Shown here piece by piece: positions 17,562 through 26,294 of a DNA stretch of 64,000 nt; position 1 is the stretch's first letter, and each line of letters opens with the position of its first letter. The notes under the pieces are model-generated. The model made no database searches. It had not been told where the DNA came from and saw only the letters and a list, made by a program, of their open reading frames with translations. Both the position numbers and the translations under genes were made by a program. Source of the DNA: a virus; IMG/VR virus record IMGVR_UViG_3300028549_003076, positions 1 to 64,000 of that record. One strand, written 5' to 3'.

Positions 17562-18984
17562 AAAATTAAAAATCAGAATTTGCACATTTGACATTGCTAA
17601 ATATGGAGGGATAATTCAAAATGTTGAAAGTAGAATAAAAGCATTTAAACAAATGGGTCATGATGTTGATATAATAATGTTAACATATCAAAAAACAATA
17701 TCAACAAGTTCATTTGAAAGAAAATTGAAAGACCTTGAATCAAATAAATTTCAAGATGATAAAGATTTGAAAAGTCAAAATGGTGGTTATTCAAAATCAC
17801 CAATTACAGGATATTGGAGAAATTCATACTATGGTTGGCATCTTCCACCAGTTACAAACAAAATACCAGTATTTCATGAAGATGCTTTAAAAATGTGGCA
17901 TGATGCAGTAGATGATTGTGATATTGTTTTTTGGTCATTTACTCCTACTAAAACAAGTGAGGCAAAAGGTTTTGATTTTTGGCCAAAATTTTTTGATTTA
18001 CCAAAAAGTGTAAAACAAGTAATGGCAGTTCATGATGGATATTTTGATGTAAGAAATAGTTGGGTAAGATATTTAGCACCAAAAATAAAATATCTTGATT
18101 GTGTTCATGTTAGTGCTTATAATGCTGTTGAGAATTTTGAAATTCCAAGATATTTGAATTTTGCTTCAAGATTTATTCCTGAAAAATTACCACTAAAAAG
18201 TTTTGAAAAGAAACCTATTGATTTTTTTGCTGCACATGTTTTTAAGTCAATGAAAAAAATTGAAGACATATTATTATCATTACCTTATTTAGATGGTGAA
18301 AACAATACTGTAATTGCTGGTTCAGGCATAGAATTATATTATATGATAATGGATGATGAAACCAAATTGAAACCAAATTATAAAATTTCTAAAAAGAATG
18401 ACCCAGATTGTAAAGAAAAGGAAATTGGAAAATCTATTTGGAAACGTGCAGAAAAAAATGGAATGGAGTTTGTTGGTTTTTTAAGTAATGAGCAAGTTTA
18501 TAAATATTTAAGAAATTCAAAATTTGCAATTGACCCATCATTCAGTAAACATTATGCTCAATACTCAAATACTCATTTGAATGGTTTTATTATTGAAGCA
18601 ATTATAAATGGCTCATATCCTGTATTGCGTGATACAGTAGGTATGGTAAAACATGATAGAGAAATCGATGATATAATTTTTAATGAATTGAGAGCAATCT
18701 ATATTCCTTGGGATGCAACTCCAAAACAATTTGCTGAAAAGTTGAATGAAGCAAAAAACATGTCTGAAAGTAAGTATAAAAAAGATTTGATTCATAACTT
18801 CAAATTAGCACAAAAACTTTTTGACCCAATAAAAAATATGAGTGATGTAATAACACTTTCAAAAGTAAAAAATATTGAGGATGTTTTAGAAGTAGGTTCA
18901 AATTCAGACAAAGTGATAAATGATTCAGAAAAAATAATGAAAGAATTTTTCAATTGTGAGTTGCCTATTAAATGGAGTCATTGA
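17554..18984 (+). CDS. GT-B fold glycosyltransferase (GT4-like)
   Basis: Start taken at the ATG at 17554 (MSKKLKIRICTFDIAKYGGIIQNVESRIKAFKQMGHDVDII, typical of a GT4 N-terminus). C-terminal NGFIIEAIINGSYPVL matches the E..G.P motif region. Overlaps the deacetylase gene by 8 nt. Confidence 0.7.
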   Translation: MSKKLKIRICTFDIAKYGGIIQNVESRIKAFKQMGHDVDIIMLTYQKTISTSSFERKLKDLESNKFQDDKDLKSQNGGYSKSPITGYWRNSYYGWHLPPVTNKIPVFHEDALKMWHDAVDDCDIVFWSFTPTKTSEAKGFDFWPKFFDLPKSVKQVMAVHDGYFDVRNSWVRYLAPKIKYLDCVHVSAYNAVENFEIPRYLNFASRFIPEKLPLKSFEKKPIDFFAAHVFKSMKKIEDILLSLPYLDGENNTVIAGSGIELYYMIMDDETKLKPNYKISKKNDPDCKEKEIGKSIWKRAEKNGMEFVGFLSNEQVYKYLRNSKFAIDPSFSKHYAQYSNTHLNGFIIEAIINGSYPVLRDTVGMVKHDREIDDIIFNELRAIYIPWDATPKQFAEKLNEAKNMSESKYKKDLIHNFKLAQKLFDPIKNMSDVITLSKVKNIEDVLEVGSNSDKVINDSEKIMKEFFNCELPIKWSH

Positions 18985-18989
18985 AAATA

Positions 18990-18999
18990 ACAAGTATTA
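18990..18999 (+). promoter_or_regulatory. ACAAGTAT(T/A)A box
   Basis: acaagtatta, 45 nt before the ATG at 19035. Confidence 0.35.
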
Positions 19000-19034
19000 T
19001 AAAGTAAATTTTACAAAAATAAATTCAAGATATT

Positions 19035-20471
19035 ATGAATAAAATTAGTGAAACATTAAAAGATGTTATTCAAAAAGCAAAACCAAATGTAGGTGATACA
19101 AAAGTTGGTAAAGATGGTATTACAAGAAAATATGTTGAGTACTCACCAGGAAAGTTTGACTGGAGAAAAATAAAAGATGATGATGAGAAAAAATCAGCAT
19201 CTAAAACAACAACATCTGTTGACCCAAGTAAATTTGCAGCAGTAATAAAAAAGACTGAAAGTAGCAAATTGTCTAATATGGCAAAAAATCCTAAAAATGC
19301 TCCAAAAGTAAGACAAGCTGCTTATGATGAGTTAGTTGAACGTGGAGAAGATGTATCAGAAATTGATTTAGATACAGGAAGATATGGTATGATGAAACAA
19401 GCATTTGGAGTTGATCAAGATGGTGATGACTTCAAATTATCAGATGGTGGTGTTAGTTTTGATTCAGAAGATGATGAAGATATTGATTGGGGTGATCCTG
19501 ATTTCATCAAAAAGGAATTTGGAGGTTTGAAAACAAAAAAACAAAGGGTTGAATATGATAAATTTGTAACTCAACAAAAACAAAAAGACCCAAGATATAA
19601 AACACCTATTCAAGAAGTTCATCAATTAAATAAATTATATGCTGAATTTATTGACACTGATGCTCCATTAATGATTGCTTCAGGTGGTGCTGGTGTTGGT
19701 AAAACTTTTAACTTTCATTTAGTTGCTGAGGCATTTGGAAAGAAACCATTTAATCCTGAATATGATACTCCTGGTGATAGTGATTATGATTATTATGAAG
19801 CACCAGAAGTTACTCCTGCTCAACTTATTCCATTATTGAAAGAACATAATGGAAAAATAATTCTTTTTGATGATAGTGATGCTATATTGAAAGACCCAGG
19901 AGCATTAGGTATTTTGAAAAAAGCAACTGCTACATCAGGTAAAAGAATGGTTGGAAGACAAACATCATCAGATGCAACAACAATCCTACCATTTGAGTTT
20001 ACAGGAAAAATTATTTTCTTGACAAATATGAGTCAATCTGCTTTAACAAAAAATGATGATATGAAAGCAATATCATCAAGAGCATTAAAAAAAGATATTT
20101 ATTTTACAAAAGAAGAGCAATTATTTTTCATTGAAAAATTAAAACATAAATTTGAATTTACAGGTGTTCCGAGATTAGAAAACAAAGCTGAAGACATTCA
20201 GGAGCGTGAAGAAGTTTTTCAAATTTTAAGTGATAATTTTGAAAACATAGACCCATTGAAATTTAATTCAAGAAGTATGAAAGAGGCAATTCAGATGAAA
20301 CGTGCTAATGACCGTGCTAATGAAAAAATAAAAAATGACCCTGTTATGGGTAAAATGCTTTTTGGAGACAATGCAGATTGGAAGGAAGAAGTTGTTGATT
20401 TTCTTGTGAAAGGATATACTGCAAAAGAACAAAAAATTGAAAAAGCAAAAGAAATTTTACATTTAAGTTAA
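19035..20471 (+). CDS. AAA+/P-loop ATPase with N-terminal VGxTKV..DWRK module
   Basis: Walker A ASGGAGVGKTF, Walker B KIILFDDSD, sensor-1-like IIFLTN, Arg at AISSRAL. N-terminal VGDTKVGKDGITRKYVEYSPGKFDWRK. Confidence 0.65.
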   Translation: MNKISETLKDVIQKAKPNVGDTKVGKDGITRKYVEYSPGKFDWRKIKDDDEKKSASKTTTSVDPSKFAAVIKKTESSKLSNMAKNPKNAPKVRQAAYDELVERGEDVSEIDLDTGRYGMMKQAFGVDQDGDDFKLSDGGVSFDSEDDEDIDWGDPDFIKKEFGGLKTKKQRVEYDKFVTQQKQKDPRYKTPIQEVHQLNKLYAEFIDTDAPLMIASGGAGVGKTFNFHLVAEAFGKKPFNPEYDTPGDSDYDYYEAPEVTPAQLIPLLKEHNGKIILFDDSDAILKDPGALGILKKATATSGKRMVGRQTSSDATTILPFEFTGKIIFLTNMSQSALTKNDDMKAISSRALKKDIYFTKEEQLFFIEKLKHKFEFTGVPRLENKAEDIQEREEVFQILSDNFENIDPLKFNSRSMKEAIQMKRANDRANEKIKNDPVMGKMLFGDNADWKEEVVDFLVKGYTAKEQKIEKAKEILHLS

Positions 20472-20476
20472 AATTT

Positions 20477-22738
20477 ATGTCAAAAGAAATCTTTTTAAAA
20501 TCACTACAAACTATTGCCTTTGCTAATATGAATAATCAAATTGATGATATTCATTTAGTGAAGGCATCTGATAGTTATAAAAGTAGAATAAATTTCAAAA
20601 GTGATTCAAAATACTTATTAATAAAATCTAAAACATTTAACAACTTCATAAATGGAAATGATAATCCTCAATCTTTAATGAAAGCATTGGTTGTAGGTGA
20701 AACAAAAATTCAAAACGGAGTTTTATATGTAGTAAAACAAATTAATGGTAAAGGTGGTGTTTATTTAGATTGGAGAAAATCAAATAAACAACCTAAAAAA
20801 ATTGTTGATGATGAACAAGGAAACGATTTATTTGATGTAGATGATTTTCCAAAACTTGGAGACATTACAGTAATAAAATCACTTGGTGGTTCAACAGGTG
20901 CTCAACTTGTTGAAGATAAACAAGGAAATAAATTTGTAATGAAAAAGGGTGCTTCAAAAGAACATGTTGAAGAGGAGTATCTTGTAAATTCAATATATAA
21001 ATTGATGGGTGTTAATGTTCCAACAATGAAGTTATACAAAACTCAAAGTGGTTCATTAATATTGTCAAAATTTATGGAGAATACAACTCCATTAAATAAT
21101 GTAATGGATGACCAATATTTGGAGGAAGTTACTGAACATTATGTTTTAGATTGTTTATTGGCAAATTGGGATATTTATAAAAATGATAACATTTTAGTTG
21201 ATGATGACTCAGGTGATATTGTTCGTGTTGATAATGGGGGTGGATTAAGATATTCAGCACAAGGTAGATTGAAAGGTCAAAATTTCGGAAACCAAGTTGA
21301 TGAAATTGAAACCATGTTGATAAATAATCCACATTTAGCATCAGAAGTTACAACAACAAAAATTAACAAACAAATTAAAGAAATATCTAAAAATCAAAAA
21401 AAGATATTAGATTTAATTGAAGATGATGATTTAAAATTAACAATGAAGATGCGTATTGCAGATTTAAAAATGATTTTAAAAAATGCAAATATTGTTAATG
21501 ATGACCCATACAGAGAGTTGGATGAAAAAGAACTTGAAAAAGCAATGAATAAAGCAAATAATGATTTGTTTAGTTCAAATGATTTAGAGGGTTGGACTTT
21601 TTTATCTGAAATATGTAAAATGAGAGGTTTCAATGGTAAACCTACTGTTGTTGATGAAAAGGAATTCAAAAAACAATTAAAAGATAAAAACACTACACAT
21701 ATACAGAGAGGATTATCTCCATATGGAAATAGAACAGCAAAATCTTTAATGAATGATTTTACTGATTCAGAACATTGTTTTTATGGAAAAGCTGGAATTT
21801 ATGGTGCTGGAATTTATGGTGCTGTTAATGCTGATAAAGATTTATCAAAACCAAACCATGTAGCTGTTGATTATGCTAATTATAAGAATGAGCATATTTT
21901 AGACATTATACTACCAGCTGATATGAAAATTGCTGATGGTAAGGAACTTGATGAAATGATGAATGAAGAGTTTTTTGGTGATGAATTTAAAGAAGCCAAG
22001 AAAGATTATGACAAAGCAGTAGATGAGTTAAATTCCAATAAAAAACGTAAAGAAGATATTGAAAAAGAAATTGAACAAGAAGTAAAAGATGAACTTGGAT
22101 GGAATGAAAAAAGTTATGAAATTTTAAGAAAATCAAAACCAGAGGAAGTTTATGCAGATACTGATAAATTTTCTTTTGATAAAGTTGCTAATTATTTCAA
22201 ACCAATACTAAAATCAATTAATGGTAAAGTTGAAAAAGTTGATTCACAAAATTATAAAATAACACTACCAAACTCACAAGATGAATTTTTACTTAATAGT
22301 AGTATTGCTTCATTAAGTTTAAAACAAAAAAATCAAAATCTAACACCATATAATTATCATTATGTTAGATTGAAGGAGTTTTTAATGAAAGAGCATTTTT
22401 CAAAAATTAAAAAAGTAGTTAATGAAAAAATAAAATATGAATCAAGAAATAATCAAAAAATTTTAGATGCAATTTCAGATATTGAAAAATCTGAAAATGT
22501 ATTGAAAGTTATGTCGGACAATATACAAAATCTAAAAACATCAGGCTCAAACGCTTTGAATAATGTTATGGCTCAAATTGCAAAAAGACCAGGAGGGGAA
22601 TTCAGAGGTTACTATGCTGCAATCAAAGGTTATGATGCAATTATTCAGAAAAATGGTTGGGGTGGTGATACTGATTTTTGTATAATACTAAACAGAAGTA
22701 AAGTAATTGTAAAAGAACATAATAATGATAAAAAATAG
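20477..22738 (+). CDS. fusion protein: shared N-terminal module + protein-kinase-like domain + ADP-ribosyltransferase-like C-terminal region (tentative)
   Basis: Kinase-like motifs: GGSTGAQLVEDKQGNKFVMKKG (Gly loop + Lys), LDCLLANWDIYKNDNILV (catalytic loop) and VRVDNGGG (DFG equivalent). C-terminal HIQRG...YGKAGIYGAGIYGAVN...GYDAIIQKNGWGGDTDFCIILNRSKVIV is reminiscent of Alt/polyvalent-type ART domains. Confidence 0.5.
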   Translation: MSKEIFLKSLQTIAFANMNNQIDDIHLVKASDSYKSRINFKSDSKYLLIKSKTFNNFINGNDNPQSLMKALVVGETKIQNGVLYVVKQINGKGGVYLDWRKSNKQPKKIVDDEQGNDLFDVDDFPKLGDITVIKSLGGSTGAQLVEDKQGNKFVMKKGASKEHVEEEYLVNSIYKLMGVNVPTMKLYKTQSGSLILSKFMENTTPLNNVMDDQYLEEVTEHYVLDCLLANWDIYKNDNILVDDDSGDIVRVDNGGGLRYSAQGRLKGQNFGNQVDEIETMLINNPHLASEVTTTKINKQIKEISKNQKKILDLIEDDDLKLTMKMRIADLKMILKNANIVNDDPYRELDEKELEKAMNKANNDLFSSNDLEGWTFLSEICKMRGFNGKPTVVDEKEFKKQLKDKNTTHIQRGLSPYGNRTAKSLMNDFTDSEHCFYGKAGIYGAGIYGAVNADKDLSKPNHVAVDYANYKNEHILDIILPADMKIADGKELDEMMNEEFFGDEFKEAKKDYDKAVDELNSNKKRKEDIEKEIEQEVKDELGWNEKSYEILRKSKPEEVYADTDKFSFDKVANYFKPILKSINGKVEKVDSQNYKITLPNSQDEFLLNSSIASLSLKQKNQNLTPYNYHYVRLKEFLMKEHFSKIKKVVNEKIKYESRNNQKILDAISDIEKSENVLKVMSDNIQNLKTSGSNALNNVMAQIAKRPGGEFRGYYAAIKGYDAIIQKNGWGGDTDFCIILNRSKVIVKEHNNDKK

Positions 22739-23138
22739 ATATATAGTGTATGATGAAAATCAACCTATTGAGTTACAAGATGATTTGAATAAAATAACTA
22801 CAATAAGGATTGGTAAAATTTCTGAAATATTAACATCAGATAAGCCAAGTTTAATACCTTTTGATTATAAATTTCCAATAATAAAATCAAACGATTATTC
22901 AGGTTTTTTAAATGAGACAATGAAACAACATTTATTTGAAAATTTACCAAATTTCATAAAAGATGATGTTTATAAAGCAGAGCAAATTAATTTTTATAAT
23001 TTAAGATTTTTAAAATATCTTAAAGCAAAAAAAATGAGTGAAAGTGAATTTGAAAATAAAAATCCAAAAATTAAACAAGATATTTTTTATGATTTTCTTT
23101 TTTCAAATAAATTAGATATTGGAATCATTACATTGTAA
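22725..23138 (+). CDS. hypothetical protein
   Basis: 137-aa ORF overlapping the upstream stop by 14 nt. Confidence 0.5.
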   Translation: MIKNRYIVYDENQPIELQDDLNKITTIRIGKISEILTSDKPSLIPFDYKFPIIKSNDYSGFLNETMKQHLFENLPNFIKDDVYKAEQINFYNLRFLKYLKAKKMSESEFENKNPKIKQDIFYDFLFSNKLDIGIITL

Positions 23139-23141
23139 TTT

Positions 23142-23151
23142 ACAAGTATTA
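23142..23151 (+). promoter_or_regulatory. ACAAGTAT(T/A)A box
   Basis: acaagtatta, 36 nt before the protease-scaffold ATG at 23178. Confidence 0.35.
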
Positions 23152-23177
23152 TTAATGAAAATAAACAATTAGACAAT

Positions 23178-24698
23178 ATGTCAAAATTCAAATTTTATAC
23201 TCCTTTTGAACTTATTAAAGCCAAAGATAATTCTGGTAACACAGTTATGAAACTTGGCGGAATTGCTTCAACTATTGATGAAGATGCTGATGGGGAATAT
23301 CTTGACCCAGATGGGTTTGATGTTAATGACTTTTTAAAAGTAGGTTTTGTTAATTGGCATCACCAAGCAAAAAATAAACCAAAAACTATTGTAGGTGAAC
23401 CATCAAAAGCAGAAATTCGCAAAGATGGTTTTTATGTAGAAACTACTTTATATCCTTCATCAGATACTGCTAATGAAATTTATGAACTTGCTCAAATTCT
23501 TGAAAAAGATAGTAAAACAAGGAGATTAGGTTACAGTATTGAAGGTGATGTTGTTGAAAGAGGAAGTGATGATAAAACTCATCCTGATTATAAAAAAATC
23601 AAAAAAGCTGTAATTACAGGATTAGCAATTACACATATGCCTAAAAATCCTAAAACTTTTGCTCAAATAATAAAAGGTCATGTTGAAGAAGATGAAGAAG
23701 ACAATGAAGATGATATTGAAAAAACTTTAACAACTGAAAATTCTGGTGGAATAGCAAAAGAGTCATTAAACAAAGAATTGAAAGTTCAAGTCAATAAAGG
23801 TTTTTCAATAGTTGAATTATCAGATGAAAAAATGTATGACAAGATATTTGATACATTTACAGATATAAATATTGAGAAAGCAGAGAAAGTTTTTAAATTA
23901 ATTTCAAAAGTACGTTCAGATATGAAACAAAATGTAAATGAGGATAAACTCAATAAAGCCATGGATGCTTTAGGATTAAGTGTCGATGAAAATAATCCTT
24001 TTTTAATTAAAGGAAAATCATCTGAAGATGATGATGAAAACGATGATAAAGGCAAAAAATATCAAAAAATTGCTGACAAAATTCAAAAAGAAAATTATGA
24101 TGATGAATCAGACAAAGATGATGATTCAGAGTCAGATGAAGATGATTCAAAAGAAGTTAAGAAATCAAAAGATGCTGATAAAATCTTAAAATCACTTGAA
24201 GGAAACAAAGGTTTGTATTTACTTATTGATAAAAAAATTGAAAAAGCAATTTCTCAATCTTCAAAAGAAAATTCAGCACTTGGAGTTTTAACATCTTCAT
24301 TACTTGAAGAAAACAGTTTATTAAAAGGTCATATTGAAAATCAATCTTCAATGCTTGAAAGACAATTTGAAGTAATTAATGAACAAAATGAATTAATTAA
24401 AGGCATTGTTGAAAAAATGGAGAGTTTTGGAAGTACTCCTGCTCCAAGAAAATCAATAGTGAAAGGTTTTTCAGAAAAAGAAAGTTTTTCAAAAGGTGTT
24501 GAAAATACAAATGGAAATGTTTTAAGCATTTCTCAAAACAAACATCAAATTCTTGAAATACTTGACCAAAAAACTTTTGCAAAAGGTTTTGATGAAGAAA
24601 TGTCAAAGGCAACAACAGGTTTTGAATCATCAAATACTTTGCCATCTAATGTAATTCAAAGATTAAGATTAGAAGACAATATAACGATAACTCAGTAA
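23178..24698 (+). CDS. prohead protease fused to scaffold-like acidic coiled-coil region
   Basis: The N-terminal ~170 aa fits HK97-type prohead protease (LGGIASTIDEDADGEYL..., VNWHH, LGYSIEG, ITGLAITHMPKNPKT). The remainder is Asp/Glu/Lys-rich and helical. Sits immediately upstream of the capsid gene. Confidence 0.75.
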   Translation: MSKFKFYTPFELIKAKDNSGNTVMKLGGIASTIDEDADGEYLDPDGFDVNDFLKVGFVNWHHQAKNKPKTIVGEPSKAEIRKDGFYVETTLYPSSDTANEIYELAQILEKDSKTRRLGYSIEGDVVERGSDDKTHPDYKKIKKAVITGLAITHMPKNPKTFAQIIKGHVEEDEEDNEDDIEKTLTTENSGGIAKESLNKELKVQVNKGFSIVELSDEKMYDKIFDTFTDINIEKAEKVFKLISKVRSDMKQNVNEDKLNKAMDALGLSVDENNPFLIKGKSSEDDDENDDKGKKYQKIADKIQKENYDDESDKDDDSESDEDDSKEVKKSKDADKILKSLEGNKGLYLLIDKKIEKAISQSSKENSALGVLTSSLLEENSLLKGHIENQSSMLERQFEVINEQNELIKGIVEKMESFGSTPAPRKSIVKGFSEKESFSKGVENTNGNVLSISQNKHQILEILDQKTFAKGFDEEMSKATTGFESSNTLPSNVIQRLRLEDNITITQ

Positions 24699-24720
24699 TA
24701 ACAATTAATTATTAAATATT

Positions 24721-26205
24721 ATGAATCCAGGATTAAATTTGCAAGATTATGCAAAAGCAGCTGCCAACGTGCCATCAGCTGTTTTTGGTGGTTCATCTAT
24801 GGATGAGCTTAATCAATTACAAAAAGCACTGGAGGCAGGTTCAATCACAGGTAGGGAGACCACTGGGATGGGCAATGCGTCTGGAGCACCTTTGAAAGTT
24901 GAAAGTTTAGATAAAAACTTAAAACATTTGACTTTCAATGAAGAAGACATCAAATTGTGGAAAATGATTCCTAAAAAAGCAGCATACAATACTGTTGAGG
25001 AATACAACCAATTAGTTGATTATGGTCAACAAAGAGGTGGTTTTTACAATGAAGGAGAACTTCCAAATGAAGAGGAAAGTCAATACATGAGAAAAGCACA
25101 ATTAGTGAAATTCATGGGGGTTGTGAAATCTGTTACTCACCCTATGACTTTGGTAAACACTAATGTTGGTAACATCATTGACCGTGAAATCAAGAATGGA
25201 ACACTTTGGATTTTGAGACAATTAAACAAATCATTGTATTTTGGTGATGAAAGTTTAGTTCCTCAAGAATTTAATGGATTCATTGCTCAACATCAAAAAA
25301 ATTCTGGTTTCACTGATTTAGATAGTTACTTCAATTCAGATGTTGTAATTGATTGTAGAGGTGAACAACTTCAAGAAAAATACATTGAAGATGCTGCTAA
25401 TGGTATTATTCAAAACTTTGGATTAGGAAACCAATTATTCGCTCCACCAAAAGTTTTATCAAACTTTGTTAAAAACTTTTATGGTAACAAATTTATTCAG
25501 CCAAATTCTAATCAAGTTGCTGCTGGTGTAATGGGTCAAAGAGTTAAGGAATTTGAATCTCAATTCGGTAACATTGGTTTAAATTGGGATATTTTCTTTA
25601 ACAAGAAACCATCAAGAAAAGTTGTAAATGGACCAACATCTCAACTTGCTCCAAATGCACCTACATTAGCTGCTGTAACATCAGTACCTACTGATGCTTC
25701 AAGTAGATTTGTAGCAGACGATGCTGGAGATTATTTATATGCAGTAGCAGCTGTAAATAGATATGGTGAAACTGTTATTGTTCCATTTGCTACTCCATTA
25801 ACAGTTGTTTCTGGCGGTGCAGTTGATGTACAAGTTACAGATGGTGGTGGAATTAATCCTGCTACATCTTATGTAGTTTACAGAACTAAAAAAGGTGTTA
25901 CTGATACTGCTGCTGAATTTTATCCTTTGTTTACTATTTCAAAACAAGAATTAATAAACGGATATGATGGTGCTGCTCAAGGTAGTTTGAGAGACAAAAA
26001 CAGATGGTTGCCGGATACAGATCAAGCGATTTTATTCCAAATGAATAATGAAGTGATTGAGTTTGCTCAACTTGCTCCACTTATGAAAATGGATTTAGCA
26101 TTACTTGCTCCGTCTTATAGATTTATGATTTTACTTTATGGTACTCCATTCTTATATGCTCCTAAAAAGATGGTAAGAATTGTTAACATAGGTGAAAAAC
26201 TGTAA
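24721..26205 (+). CDS. major capsid protein
   Basis: 494 aa, directly after the protease-scaffold gene. Less AT-skewed codon usage than its neighbours, and followed by a strong terminator. The fold cannot be verified by eye. Confidence 0.8.
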   Translation: MNPGLNLQDYAKAAANVPSAVFGGSSMDELNQLQKALEAGSITGRETTGMGNASGAPLKVESLDKNLKHLTFNEEDIKLWKMIPKKAAYNTVEEYNQLVDYGQQRGGFYNEGELPNEEESQYMRKAQLVKFMGVVKSVTHPMTLVNTNVGNIIDREIKNGTLWILRQLNKSLYFGDESLVPQEFNGFIAQHQKNSGFTDLDSYFNSDVVIDCRGEQLQEKYIEDAANGIIQNFGLGNQLFAPPKVLSNFVKNFYGNKFIQPNSNQVAAGVMGQRVKEFESQFGNIGLNWDIFFNKKPSRKVVNGPTSQLAPNAPTLAAVTSVPTDASSRFVADDAGDYLYAVAAVNRYGETVIVPFATPLTVVSGGAVDVQVTDGGGINPATSYVVYRTKKGVTDTAAEFYPLFTISKQELINGYDGAAQGSLRDKNRWLPDTDQAILFQMNNEVIEFAQLAPLMKMDLALLAPSYRFMILLYGTPFLYAPKKMVRIVNIGEKL

Positions 26206-26217
26206 TTAACTCATAAA

Positions 26218-26227
26218 ACAAGTATTA
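26218..26227 (+). promoter_or_regulatory. ACAAGTAT(T/A)A box
   Basis: acaagtatta, 13 nt after the capsid stop codon and immediately before the terminator hairpin. Confidence 0.3.
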
Positions 26228-26229
26228 AG

Positions 26230-26268
26230 AAACAGGTGGTGGTTGGAAAATCATTACCTGTTTTTTAT
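26230..26268 (+). terminator. rho-independent terminator after the capsid gene
   Basis: aaacaggt...acctgttt stem around a ~17-nt loop, followed by tttttt. Confidence 0.7.
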
Positions 26269-26294
26269 ATTATTAACAAATAAATTTTTTAAAA

